The notes beneath the pieces were generated by a model. The model saw only the letters and a program-made list of their open reading frames with translations, had not been told where the DNA came from and made no database searches. A stretch of DNA of 64,000 nt from Cycas panzhihuaensis (lineage: Eukaryota; Plantae; Cycadophyta): NCBI GenBank assembly GCA_023213395.1, contig CM041465.1, forward strand, positions 147,319,741 through 147,383,740. Direction: 5' to 3'. Below, piece after piece: positions 14,050-26,569 of the stretch. The translations under genes were made by a program, and so were the position numbers. Numbering within the stretch: the stretch's first letter is position 1; every line of letters starts with the position of its first letter.

Positions 14050-16710
14050 AAAGATACCTTCTCAAAGTCCTAATATGGTATGAATCTTGATGAATTGATC
14101 TTGAGTTAGTGCTTTGGTAAATACGTTTATAAGTTATTTTTCACTTAAATAAAAGTTGACCTATAACTTCCCCACTTTGATTTATTTACAAATGTAGTGG
14201 TGTTAAATTTCAATATGCTTCATGTATGCATGAAACTCTGGATTCTTTGATAGATGAATAATGCTCTCGTTATCAACTAAAATAATTAGGATGCTATAAG
14301 ATATACCAAGGATATCTAAAATCCCTTTCAACCATACAATTTCTCTTGCACTAATAGGAAGTCCCTAATACTTTGCCTCTCTAGAAGGTGGTGCCATTAT
14401 ATGTTGTTTCTTTGATTGGCGTGATATAAACCTAATGTCAATACCAAACAAATATCTAGTAGTGGATTTTTGATAATCAAAATCTCCTCCCCAATCTACA
14501 TTAGTGTAGTTATGAAACTTTACATCTCCATAACAAAGGTACTTTAAACTAAGATTAAAAGTGCCTTTCAATTATCTCAGAATTTGCTTTATTGCAACCA
14601 AATGTAACTCCTATGGATTTTGCATATAGTGGGAGACTAATCTAATAATGTACACAATATCAAGCCTAGTACGAGTTAAATAAATTAGACTCTTACTAGT
14701 TATTTATGCAATGTTCTATCTATAGCATGTTGTTTCATATCTTTCAAGAGCTTTATGCCTTTAGCGCATGGTGTTCGAATAGGTTATTAGTCCTCTATCT
14801 TGAATTTCTTAAGTAAGCCTTTTGTATATTTTGTTTGTAACACCAAAACTCTATCTTCCATCTGCTTTACCTCAATGCCCAAAAAGTAATGTAGAGCCCC
14901 AAGATTTGTCATATTAAAAGTCCCATACACCTTGCTATTTCTATTGTGGCATGATTCTTTCTTTTGGCAATAATGTTTTATTGTGGGGTATATAGGATTG
15001 TGAATTCTCACTTTATACCATGATTTAGACACAACTAATTGAAAGCATTATTGTTGTATTCCTTACTATTATCACTCCTTTGAATTTCTATCTTCTTTTT
15101 ACATTCATTCTCAACATGTACCTTCCATTCACTAAAGTAATTAAAACTTCAAACTTATTCTTCAAGAAATATACCCAAGCCTTCCTAGTATAATCATCTA
15201 TAAGCACTAAAATATAGTGAGCTTTATATATAGAACGGTTTGAGAGAGGATCCATCACATCAGTATGTATGAGATCTAGCTTCTCCTTGGCTCTCTAGGT
15301 ACGATCCTGAGCAAAAGGATAGTGATGATGCTTCCTGTACATGCACCCTTCACATACACCTTCTGAATAAGAAACATGGGGCATTCTTTCTACCATTTTT
15401 AGTAGATTCATAAGTGTTATGCTTTTGTAATTAAGATGTTGAAGACATTCATGTCAAAGATTACTCACATTATCAACATCGATTATAAAAACACAAGAAC
15501 CATTCTAGGATTAAAATTTCTCGAACACCCAAAAATCATCCCTTGCTTTTCTAGTAGCACTGATAGAGAAATTTTTCTTAGGATCCTTAATTTGGCATTT
15601 GTCTTTGTAGATCTCAACCTTCATACCTTATTTGTAGATCTATCGACTAACAAAAGGTTCATCTTTATCTTGGGTATGTAATGCATCCCCTTAAATTTTC
15701 CTCCTACAAGAGAAACAATGGCAACACCCTTAAGAAGTAATATGCTCGCATCTCTAAGAATGATTCTAGCTTCACTTGGACTAGCATTCCATGCGTCAAA
15801 GTTCTGCTTCTGAAAACAAATAGGTTTCTATGCTCCTTAGTCTAAAATCTAATAGTCTCCCTGATTTGACCCAGTTGACAAGGATGATACTTTTGCATAA
15901 TAAGCTACAACACTTTTTCCTTTCTCATCCTTACTTACTTTACATTTGTCTTGCCTTTTGAACCAACAATTCTTCTCTTTGTCATTGTCTTTCTTGCAAT
16001 AATTACAGTTTCCAACAAGCTTCTTCTTTTTTTTAGAACTTTCTCTTGATTTTTGTGTAGACTTCCCTTCTCGAATGTCATCTCTCCTCCATGTCTTCAT
16101 GACTAAGACTTGGTTTGATTCAAAACCACCAAGCAGACTATGGTGCTTCAACTTGGCATCTTGGCTAGTATGAGACTCTTCAACTTCTCAAATGATTCAC
16201 CCTCTATTACTTCATCACTTGAGTAAATAGTTTAAAAGGTTTCAAATATAGTTGGTAGTTTCACCATAACTAATATAAATAATAATGCATCATCAATTGA
16301 TCTTGATTTAATCTCTTTTAATTCATTCTTTAAATTGGTTATTTTATTCAGGTAGATGCTTATGTTACTTTCATCTTCCATTGTCGTATTAAAAAGTTCC
16401 ATTATTAAAGTAACCCAACGATTTATCTTTTTCTTTTTTAATGTCTCACCGAATTTTGTACGTATTTCATTTGGTTTATCAAGGTTATGGACTATGGCTC
16501 TCTGATCAAGTGCCATAGATAGTTTTGATAGCCCAACAACCATAAACTACTTATCTTCTTGATGAGTTTGCTCATTCACATCTAATGGAATAGCAAGCAA
16601 CGCATCTTTAGTGATCCCTCAAAGTTGATTCACCATTAAAACCAACTCCATGTTAACCTTCCACTCACTGGAATTATTCCCATTAAAAATAACTTAAGGC
16701 ATCATCATGT
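14050..16710 (-). pseudogene. Copia gag-pol pseudogene
   Basis: FNGNNSSEWKVNME (gag start); LPTIFETF; CNYCKKDNDKEKNC knuckle; MTNLGALHYFLGIEVKQ (RT); YTNVDWGGDFDYQKSTT (RNase H). Most of the IN-RT span is deleted near 14920-15050. Confidence 0.9.
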
Positions 16711-17107
16711 CCATTATGAGAAACATGTTGACAAATGAGTTATTCTTACTAAATTATTTAACTTAGTCATACACATAACACCCAATATACTACTTAATCT
16801 CTATTTTCCAATAAGTTTGGCAAACCTATAATATTTAATAGTTTTAACAATTGATTTCTCACACCATTAATGTCACACTAGCTTTATGTTTTAATATGTT
16901 ACACTCACTTAATGGGCTGCTAAAATATGCTTCGAGACACCAAAAAAATACTTCAAAAAATGAAGAAAAACGACAGTATGGGTCTCATCTTGATAAGTCT
17001 AAGTGACCAAAAATTCACATATAATTTTTTTGGCTTGAAGTAATAGTAAACAAGTTAAAAGATGACCCATGAATGAGTGCAATGTGATTCTCTCCAAATA
17101 TCTTTCT

Positions 17108-17142
17108 TATATATATATATAGATAGATAGATAGATAGATAT
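17108..17142. repeat. (TA)n(TAGA)n microsatellite
   Basis: Direct read. Confidence 0.9.
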
Positions 17143-18510
17143 AATTGGAAGAATGAATGGGGGAATATCCCAATAATGGGTGGTTACCTCCTTTTTGCCC
17201 ACACAAATTTTTAAACTATTACAACTTACATTTTTGTAAACAAATCAAAGTTAATGAAAGAAGTATTAATGTATTAATGTCTTAACATTAATAATCTTCT
17301 TAATATTTATGTATATCATATTTAGTGGTGGTGTGTATATTTATGGGAATTGTATTGACTTGCATCCTTTTCCATAGAAGGTTGCGACTCTTGTGTGACT
17401 TCTAGTGATATTTTGGGCTTGCTACGATTGTGTGAAGATGCACTCACCTTCCATATATGGATAGATAATTATTTGCAAGGCTTTTGAAGTTTTAGCAAGT
17501 GGGAGTTTTAAGTTTGAGGTCATTTAATGATTATGAATTAGGCCTACACTTTCCACAAGCATCAAATCAATCTTAACAGATTTTTGTTACTGCTTAACGA
17601 GTTGAAGAATGTTCTCAAGGAATTCTGTCATGCTCACAATAGGTATTATGGTTGTTTTTATGTCTAGATGTTGAATCTTATGCCCGATTATGTCATATGA
17701 TCTCTAAATGATGCCCAATATACTCTAGTCATGCCTGATGCAATCCAACATTGTTAAATCATGATCAACTTTGGCCCAACAAGCATAGGGAGTGCCCAAA
17801 ATGCCCAACCAACTCTGAATAGTTTTGACACAAGCTTAACACGGTCTAAAGTGTGCCCAATGTGATTTTAGGGCTCAAACAGTGAGAAAACTTTACTAAT
17901 AGGTGAAATCCACCTCCTTACTCATCATTGTAACATGGTGTTACTCTTATGGTTGTTAAAAAAGATAATAATCATCAGGACAGGACTTTATTTACATTAC
18001 TAGGCATTCTTCAATCTTATTATATTTACTTAACTATAACTTTAACCATGTACTCCATTTGACTCTAATACCATGTAAAGAAATATGAAAATATACATAT
18101 ATATTCTAAGCTACAAAATTTTAATCATACACAACAAACAATAATAAAGAGCACAAATATACAAGACATAAGATTTATGTAAAAACTTTTTTGATAAAAA
18201 ACCTATCACAAATAATAGTAAGATCACGTTAATAATTCTTAAATAAAATTACAATAATCTTTAAAATTATATATAATCCTTTAAATAATATATCTAACTT
18301 AAATAATTATAACTCTCTAAAATATTTACAATTTTTTATTTAATACTAATTAAACCATATTTATTATTAAATAAATAATTTAATCTTTAATTATTACATT
18401 GAAAATTAAATCATATTTATAAAAATAAACCAAAAAAAAATCATAAAAAATGTGTTCTAGATAACTATGCTCTAATAAATGCTATCTATTAACAAAACTA
18501 ACAAACATTT

Positions 18511-19500
18511 CGTTGTGGCCGCCGGGTTGTCGGGGCTGGGGGCGGTGGGTGTTGTAACCTTGAACGCCCGATTAAGGTGATATTGGTTGTCCGAGGGCTA
18601 CCATGTGGTAGCAACCTGTGAAGATTTCCTCTGGCTTGCCCTCAGCAACAGAAACATTTGGCGGTTAAAGCAAACCTTTAGGGTTTGAACGGGCTCGATG
18701 AAGGCTCTGGATAACACAATAGAGGCTCCTGAAGTCTAAAGGCAGTGATTGAATGCTTGGTAGATAAAACGAGAGCCACCCATAGATGAAAGAACCTCCA
18801 CACATCTCACGGCTCATTCAGGATTAGAGTCATGGAGGCAAAAGCGGTGCAGGTCAATAGTTCATTGTTCAATATTACTCAAAAGAACGAAAAATGGTGG
18901 GATTCCATGGTCGGTCTCCGGGTTGCAGTGGGGGTTATCACACTTCCAGAAAGAGGGTACACTTGTAATTACAGCCATGAAGGACCAAGGAGGTGAAGAG
19001 CTTAGCACAAATGAGTAAGGAATCTGCGACTTGGGTTAAACACTAGAGGGAGGCACTAATGAGTTTGAGCTACTGTAACTTGGAGGCCTTAAATTTTGTG
19101 CGGAAAGTATATCTGAGGGCCATACAAAGGGCGAAACAACTCAGTAATGTGTGTGTGCATCAAGTCTTTTCTGAGTGAGCAATTGCACATACTTGCTGCA
19201 GAATTTGAGTAGCTTTTATACCACATACCAATGGATCTGCAGTGCACTCAATTAAGGAGATATGGGTGGTTCCAGAGCGCGATTAGAACTCTTTTAGCAT
19301 GCACTTGCAGTCTTATTGTTTTTTCAGACGATCTGTCTTCTTGTCTTCTGCATTTAACATAACTCTAATTGGAGGGATAGCTATCCCTAGTCCTCATCCT
19401 CGCAGGCTGGTGATGTGGCAACTTGGTATCAGACGAGGGTTTGCTCTATTTGGGCTGCACGCAGGGTTACATAGATTGCTGCAGTGGACAACCAGTTAAA
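18511..19500 (+). promoter_or_regulatory. GC/CpG-rich island with telo-box; candidate promoter/5' exon of an unidentified transcript
   Basis: Abrupt switch from very AT-rich sequence to gccgccgggttgtcggggctgggggcgg. Telo-box tagggttt at ~18679-18686. Possible GT-AG intron from ~19015 (gtaagg) to 19327 (tttttcag). Confidence 0.4.
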
Positions 19501-20494
19501 TCTCATCTTAAGATACCTAAAGGGGATCTTAGAAATCAAGTAAGGCTTCAAAGAAAGCAAATTAGCTACTTGAGAACTACTGTTGCAAGATGATTTGAGC
19601 ATGCTACCATGTTAGAGGAAGATAAATACTTATCAAGGAGGATGTGTTGGACGTGGCTATTTACACATCTGTTACCACATTGGTGTGTTTACTATATAAG
19701 CAAGTTATGATGGTTGGATTGGGCACAAACTTGGCCGGCTGGTTTGAATATTGACATGAAGTACGGCCAATTCCTGGTCAAATGAATATACAACCTAAAG
19801 ATGGATGATGAACCTTGTTCGTGTTCATGTTGGCAAGTACTTAGATTAGTGGCACAAGAAATGACAACATTTTTTCATCATGAGGAAGTACCATCTGTAT
19901 AGGTAAAGTGATGTGCATCACTCCCCAAGTATGTTGCTCTCTTGGCCTTAATGTGGTTATACATTTTCTATTGTATCTCTTTGTGAAATTAACAAGAGGG
20001 AAGAATGTTGGTACCCTTCTAGTGAAGAAGCAAGTTTGAAACAGATTTGTGCTAGCATAATAATAATGTGCAAGAGCATGATCCTGAAGCAATAGAGCTC
20101 AAACAATGCATCACGTATGCATAGGTATTGCAATATTTTGCTTAACTTGATGTTTATATTTTGTTTCCTTGGAACATGACAAGGAAGTGCAGGTGGTTAT
20201 CTTGGAGATTACGACTCAATAAGGGAAGTTGAATATTAACAAGGCAAGCCATAAATGGCTAACGTATTGGACCCTTTCATAGCATGAAGGTGTTTTCGGT
20301 ATGAACAATGAAGGTATTGTGAGGTGAAGGTAAGGATTGAAGGTTAGGTATAATTGTTCCTAAGCATACATAACCATGAGATTTGAAAGATTCCAAATTC
20401 TTGAAATGCACATGAAAGTACAAACTTTACGAAGTGGTTAAAAAGAAATTAAATTAATAAACTTCTTGACTAAATTTATGTGATGTAATATGTA

Positions 20495-20765
20495 TGACGG
20501 GATATTGTTTGCATGTTTGTGGGGGCAAGTATTATGACTGCAAGAGTGGTACTATGATAAACCAAGAGGAAGGTGTATGTCCTAGTGGAAAGCTTATCAA
20601 GGTCTTTTATTGCTACCATCCAAATTGGTCATGGGTGAGCAATGTTATTATTATGCTACACTATTGATGTTGGTACATCAAGTTATTGGGATATATGGTT
20701 TTATGATATTCCTTACATGATAGCAATATGTTGGAGCATTTATACTATGGAATCCACCACATGCA
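20495..20765. repeat. 271-bp direct duplication, left copy
   Basis: Identical to 25527-25797 apart from 3 substitutions seen by hand alignment. Confidence 0.97.
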
Positions 20766-21499
20766 TGTAGGAATGAGAGGATATGAGCTGGAAACATGTC
20801 ATAAAGCACATGTGAGAAAGTGCACAAGAGATGACAATACGACAATGATTCACAACTCTCTAAAATTCTCATTAAGAAGATATGTAAGGTACAAATACAT
20901 ATTTATAGTTTTACACTATGTCTAAACATAGGAGTTGGTTCAACCACTCCCATGATTTTTGTTGTGCTTAAATTAACTAATTAATAGTTGAGCATCTTTG
21001 ACTTCTAGAACTTTGACTAGGAATCTTCTCTCACTAGAATATTCTCATCTAGAATATTCCATGTGAGCAATTATTCCAATAACATGAAATGAACTTAAAT
21101 GGACATGTAAATGGGAATGCACATTATTCCAACACCCCCCCCCATAATGTTAAGTTTATTTCTTTACATAATCATCAGTGTCCTAAGTCTCTCAATAATT
21201 TCTCACAACTTAAAGTCTAAGTGAGAATACAACATGAAGGACAATACATCAACTCAATCATGCCATACTCCATATGCTGTCGAATAGAATGATGGTGATC
21301 TTCCACAAGCTTGAACCTGTTATGGAACTCCAATTCTTCGATAGTTGGAAGGCATCTTGTTGCAGTAGAACAACTGAAGAAATCAAAAGAAGTCGATTAA
21401 GCCCATAATGGCTTCTCGAATGCTGTGACTGCTGCTTTGCATACTGTCTTGGTGGAGTAAACTATCCATATCAAGTGATCAACCATAATTAGGTGCTAT

Positions 21500-21996
21500 G
21501 CACATACTGTCATTGATTTGGCCTTCAACCGCTACAAGAGATCAACCAGAATCCAGTAGTCTATGCACATCCTGTCGTTGATTTGAATCAACCAGAACTA
21601 AGTGTCATCCACATCCTGTCGTTGAATTAATTCAACCAGAACTTAAGTGGTTAAATGCACATCCTGTCATTGAATTGATTCAACCAGAACTAAGTGGTCA
21701 TAGGATCAACCAGAACTAAGTGTCATCCACATCCTGTCGTTGAATTGATTCAACCAGAACTTAAGTGGTTAAATGCACATCCTGTCGTTGAATTGATTCA
21801 ACCAGAACTAAGTGGTCAATGCACATCATGTCGTTGAGTAGGATCAACCAGAACTAAGTGTCATCCACATCCTGTCATTGAATTGATGTACTTCTTGTCG
21901 TTGAATTGATTCAACCAGAACTAAGTGGTCAATGCACATCCTGTCGTTGATTAGGATCAACCAGAACTAAGTATCATCCACATCCTGTCATTGATT
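21500..21996. repeat. Tandem array of 44-48-bp units with a 138-bp higher-order period
   Basis: Unit cacatcctgtcgttgaattgattcaaccagaactaagtg, about 10 copies. Confidence 0.95.
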
Positions 21997-22858
21997 CAGT
22001 CTTTGTAGTTCCCTTTACAAAGCTCCAGAAAAGGATTTCATCATCCTTATGCAGTACATGCTAGTTGTGATCATCAATGCGTGAATATTACACTCATTGT
22101 CCTGCTTCTCCAAATGTCATAATCTTGGCTTACAATATCGTGCTTGATTATATGCACTATTGTCATTTTCCAAGACACTGTTGCTTCATAGAATTGTTAG
22201 GTGTTTTCATTAACACCTCAACACTGCAACTATCATCACCATTACATAATAAGCTGCAATAGTAAGCTACCCAACTCACAAATGAAAGAGTTTGAGGTAG
22301 ACAAAGGTATGATAAATATCATGCAGGTTGATAAGAGTTTTATACTTTACAATTCAACAACATAAGTCACTCCTCTCCTTCAATTTCTGCACATGAAGAG
22401 ACTAGACATATTTCAAGAGTAAGCAAGTATCAAGACTCTAATAAATTATTAAGAGTCATTTTGCATCATATGCAAGCAAATAAAGATGAGCAATCTACTC
22501 ATCAATTACTAGAAAATTGATGAATGCTAGTGTTCTAGGTTCCAATTCTGTCATATCATGTCGTGTCATATCATCTCGTATGACACCATGTTGTGATATA
22601 TTGTGCCGCACCATGTTGCCTTTAGTTGGGTTTGATTAGGCTTCCTGTCTTCTCCTTCAACAACTCCCATAGGTCTTTGTAAGACTGGAAGGTGCTACAT
22701 TACATAAGACTTTCATTTTGCCTTAGTGAATCTAGCAAATTTAAGCTAGTAATTCACAGACATTTTAGGAAGTCTGTAATTAAGAAATTAAGGAGAAAAA
22801 GTGTTTTAATCACCGCAAGTATGAGTGCCACATCACTCAGTGACCGCAAGGTGAATTA

Positions 22859-23960
22859 CACTTTAAGAGAGTACAAATAAAGGTTTAAAAACCCATCAAT
22901 AAAGAGGAATAAATACATTAAAAGGTCCTCTAAAAGTTCTATAAAAGAGGACTTAGTACATTAAATTTTCCCTTTTACAAATATTCTCATAGTACATTGA
23001 AAAATCCTCATCAAATAGAGTCAAAATATATGCTCTAAAGAGGATTAAGTACATGAGAAAATGTCCTTGAAGTACTCCTTAATGAAGCCAATAAAAACCT
23101 TTGAAGAGAAGACAAATATTAAGCTTGAAAGCTTAAAGTCTTCTTAAGGTTTTATACCCTTTTACATCACCAAAAATGTGCCTTAAAAAAGAGGATTAAA
23201 TGTATTAAAAATTCCTCTTAAGGTACTTTTCATGTCCGCCAAAGATTTGCTCTTTTGTGCCACCAATAGATACTTTTTACAAAAGGATAAAATACTTTAA
23301 CAAGATCCTTTTTAAAGTATCATTCAAATGAAGCCATCATAATATATTTCAAAGAAGAAAAAAAATGCTTTAAAAACCTCTTGAAATACTCTTTCACATG
23401 TCACCAATAGTACCCTTTAAAAGAGGATGAATTGCATAAGTCAAATCCTCTTGAAGTACTATTTTATGCTGCCCAAAGTGCTCTTTTATGTCACCAAAAG
23501 ATGCTTTTATAAGAAGAGGATAAACCGCCTTTATAATGCTCATAAAGCATCTATATGCCACCAATAACAGCCTTTTAAAGAGGATAAAATTACATGAAGA
23601 AATCCTCTTAATATGCTTACCACAAGTACTCTTATGTGCCACCAAAAAATTTACCTTTAACAAGAGGATAAAGTGTATTTAAACTCCTCTTAAGGTAGTT
23701 TACATGTCCGCCAAAAATTGCTCTTTAAAAAGAGAAAAATTCTCTTAAAGTAAGAGCTCTTTTTTTTTGTGCCACCAAAAATGTTTTACATAAAAGGATG
23801 TATCTCATTAAAAACCTCTTAAAACATTATTTAAGTCGCCAAAATACTATCATAAAATACACTTTACTAAAGACAACATATTATACTAAGTGCCTTGTAA
23901 AGTCTAATTAAATATTCTTCAAAGGATAAATAAGACTCTTCAAAACACACATTATTTAAT
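22859..23960. repeat. Degenerate ~70-bp tandem array resembling CACTA subterminal repeats
   Basis: Recurrent gccaccaaaa / aaagaggat / atcctcttaa motifs. The array starts cactttaagaga. Confidence 0.6.
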
Positions 23961-24074
23961 AAACTCTATGAAGAAGACTTTATATAGAAATGAGAATATT
24001 CTAAAGTATATACTAATGTTTATAACACAAAGTTATAAACATTAGAGTAACCTAATCGAATTTCAATTCGATTT

Positions 24075-24820
24075 TGAATGGCGCGATTTCCCATTGCTTT
24101 TTCCGCCGCTCTGTCCGGCTTTGAACTATCGTAACGGCAGCGGCACTAATCTGGTAACAACCCGTGATGGCGCGACGGTTGTGCAAGTGGCGACTCTCGT
24201 TTGATGGCGAGCAGGCGGCGTTGACCAGCGGCTGGCTCTCGTGCACAAGGCAATGGCAGCAGATTTCCGTAAGGGTGTGAGTAGGGCGGCTGTCAAATTC
24301 AGGTGGCGGCTCGGGCTGGCGGTTCGGGCGAGGCGATTGACGTTCCGTGACCCAACAGCTCCGGCTGAGCAGAGACGACTGCCTTCTCGCAGGTGGTAAT
24401 TACTTCATGGCATACCCTGACAGCTCTGCAAATGGAACAGTGGCAACGTGATGTTTGATGGAGGACACGCCTGATGGCAGTGCTTCACGAATGGCCCCTA
24501 ATGGCTGGACAGCTTTCGCATTGTGTGTCAAAGTGAAGGAATGGCGGCTCCACGTTGTTTTGTGCTTCGTTTGACAGGCACAGTAACGGCATCTAAGAGC
24601 AAGGCGTTGCCACGATGGTGAAACATCATCAAAGGCGACCCTCCAAAGAAAAGTGTGAATGACGACTGAGACCATGTCAAAGCAGTGATAGCGACTGTAG
24701 TTGAAAATCAGATGGTCAGCTAGTTTACAGCTTTTGGTAGCGCTCTTTTCAACTAACGTCAAGTGCAATAACTGTCATGTGGTCAGCGACGCCTCGTGAA
24801 CCAAAGAAATGCATGTACGA
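24075..24820. other. CpG-rich segment inside the non-autonomous element
   Basis: High CG and CpG density against a CpG-depleted background. The short ORFs are not recognisable. Confidence 0.6.
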
Positions 24821-25526
24821 CCTTCCAAAGAGCAACTTCTCACAAAGGACAACAATTTTACAGTCCCTAACAGTGTATAATTTAACACTTGTGACCATTT
24901 TCAGCTATATCTGATTCACAGTTGTAAAACCATGCAAAGGACCTCATTCATCCTCATAGTTTCTAGTTTAGAAAAAGGGTAGACTCATCTTAAGACAGAC
25001 TTAGTACTAACATGGCAGAACCTGTGACCTGTGAATGGATAGAATCAATGCACAAACATTGACAGAATCTCATAAACATATGACAGAACCTAACACATAC
25101 ATGGAAAAAATTAGAGACACATATGGCAGAACACAAGTGTCAAAAACCTAAGCTCTGATACCATGTTGGAATGAGAGGATATGAGCTGGAAACATGTCAT
25201 AAAGCACATGTGAGAAAGTGCACAAGAGATGACAAGACGACAATGACTCACAACTCTCCAAAATTCTCATTAAGAAGATATGTAAGGTACAAATACATAT
25301 TTATAGTTTTACACTATGTCTAAACATAGGAGTTGGTTCAACCACTCCCATGATTTTTGCTGTGCTCAAACTAACTAATTAATAGTTGAGCATCTTTGAC
25401 TTCTAGAACTTTGACTAGGAATCTTCTCTCACTAAAATATTCTCATCTAGAATATTCCATGTGAGCAATTATTCCAATAACATGAAATGAACTTAAATGG
25501 ACATGTAAATGGAAATGTACATTATT

Positions 25527-25797
25527 TGACGGGATATTGTTTGCATGTTTGTGGGGGCAAGTATTATGACTGCAAGAGTGGTACTATGATAAACCAAGAG
25601 GAAGGTGTATGTCCTAGTGGAAAGCTTATCAAGGTCTTTTATTGCTACCATCCAAATTGGTCATGGGTGAACAATGTTATTCTTATGCTACATTATTGAT
25701 GTTGGTACATCAAGTTATTGGGATATATGGTTTTATGATATTCCTTACATGATAGCAATATGTTGGAGCATTTATACTATGGAATCCACCACATGCA
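25527..25797. repeat. 271-bp direct duplication, right copy
   Basis: Abuts the truncated LTR end and matches 20495-20765. Confidence 0.97.
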
Positions 25798-26569
25798 TCC
25801 CGCGCATATGCCACACAATGATGACGGGTATTATGGGATAGGAATATGAAGAAGTGATACTTTTACATAAGGATTTCATAGGCAATGCTTAGTTATATAT
25901 GTTGAATGGGAGGCTTATGAAATTTTCTTTCTTGAGCTTGCCAATTAATGGGAAATAAAGCAAAGGATTTTGAGGGTGAAACATGATTCAATATTTTTTA
26001 GTATTGTTACTTTTTCATTGATCACATGGGACATACTCCTGGTGTGTGAATCAAGCTCTTGTGAATCATCATCATGGTGGATAGGAGCTAAGAGGTCTCC
26101 CATATAGGACCCTATTATAGAGGCGTGTAAGACTTCTATGTGGTTTCATGGTGCCATATGTGGGATGGCAAAATGGTATACTTGAAGGGTTGGTTTTGGC
26201 ATGGTAAGGTTACTAGACAATGATCTGATAATCTAGCTAGAAAACATAGAGACTTGGTTAAGGTAAACTCAACCCTAATTTATCTTGTGAATTAAGTTTA
26301 ATTTAATCATTAATATCTAGTTAATGGGTGAAAATCCATGAGATGGAGGAAAAGAAGGGGTTGGGTAGCCTAGCAGCTCAATGTCCATTATTTGAGTCAA
26401 TTTGCGGGAGATATCTTTTGAACTAAGTAATTAGGGCTTGTGTTATAGTTATATGTTACATCCCTTCCTTTGTTCTCTTGAAAATTTACCTCCCCTTAGG
26501 CAAAGGTTACTTGGCATGAATGTTTTTCTTAATTTCCTAACCGATGCCTAAGGAGAAATACTAAGATGG

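Larger units (their letters stand above)
13631..18404 (-). mobile_element. Degenerate, internally deleted Ty1/copia element
   Basis: 3' LTR 13631-13960 and 5' LTR 18074-~18404. PBS (plus strand gactctaatacca) at 18061-18073. Degenerate PPT at 13961-13972. gag, CCHC knuckle, IN, RT and RH fragments appear in the ORF track. Confidence 0.92.
20766..25526 (-). mobile_element. Non-autonomous (LARD-like) LTR retroelement with copia-type termini
   Basis: 3' LTR 20766-21134 and 5' LTR 25164-25526, which lacks the terminal ccaaca. About 10 differences between the LTRs. Perfect iMet PBS (plus gctctgatacca, 25152-25163). PPT (plus C-run, 21135-21143). No gag/pol motifs found internally. Confidence 0.93.

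Noticed and set aside
18495-18900. Plant telomerase RNA on the minus strand (AAACCCTAAA template-like motif, C-rich 3' end)
   Set aside because: No convincing USE/TATA spacing and no recognisable conserved TR core. The motif is adequately explained as a telo-box. An Infernal search with a plant TR model would settle it.
19800-19900. Box C/D snoRNA (atgatga at ~19805; also at ~25818)
   Set aside because: No properly placed CTGA D box or terminal stem.
21500-21996. CRISPR-like appearance (palindromic repeats at regular spacing)
   Set aside because: The intervening sequences are themselves repeated, there are no unique spacers or cas genes, and the context is a eukaryotic retroelement.
24052-24768. 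64-aa and 122-aa minus-strand ORFs
   Set aside because: Expected by chance in GC-rich sequence; no recognisable domain.
25487-25699. 70-aa Cys/His-rich ORF
   Set aside because: It is created by the LTR/duplication junction, and its start codon lies inside the LTR.
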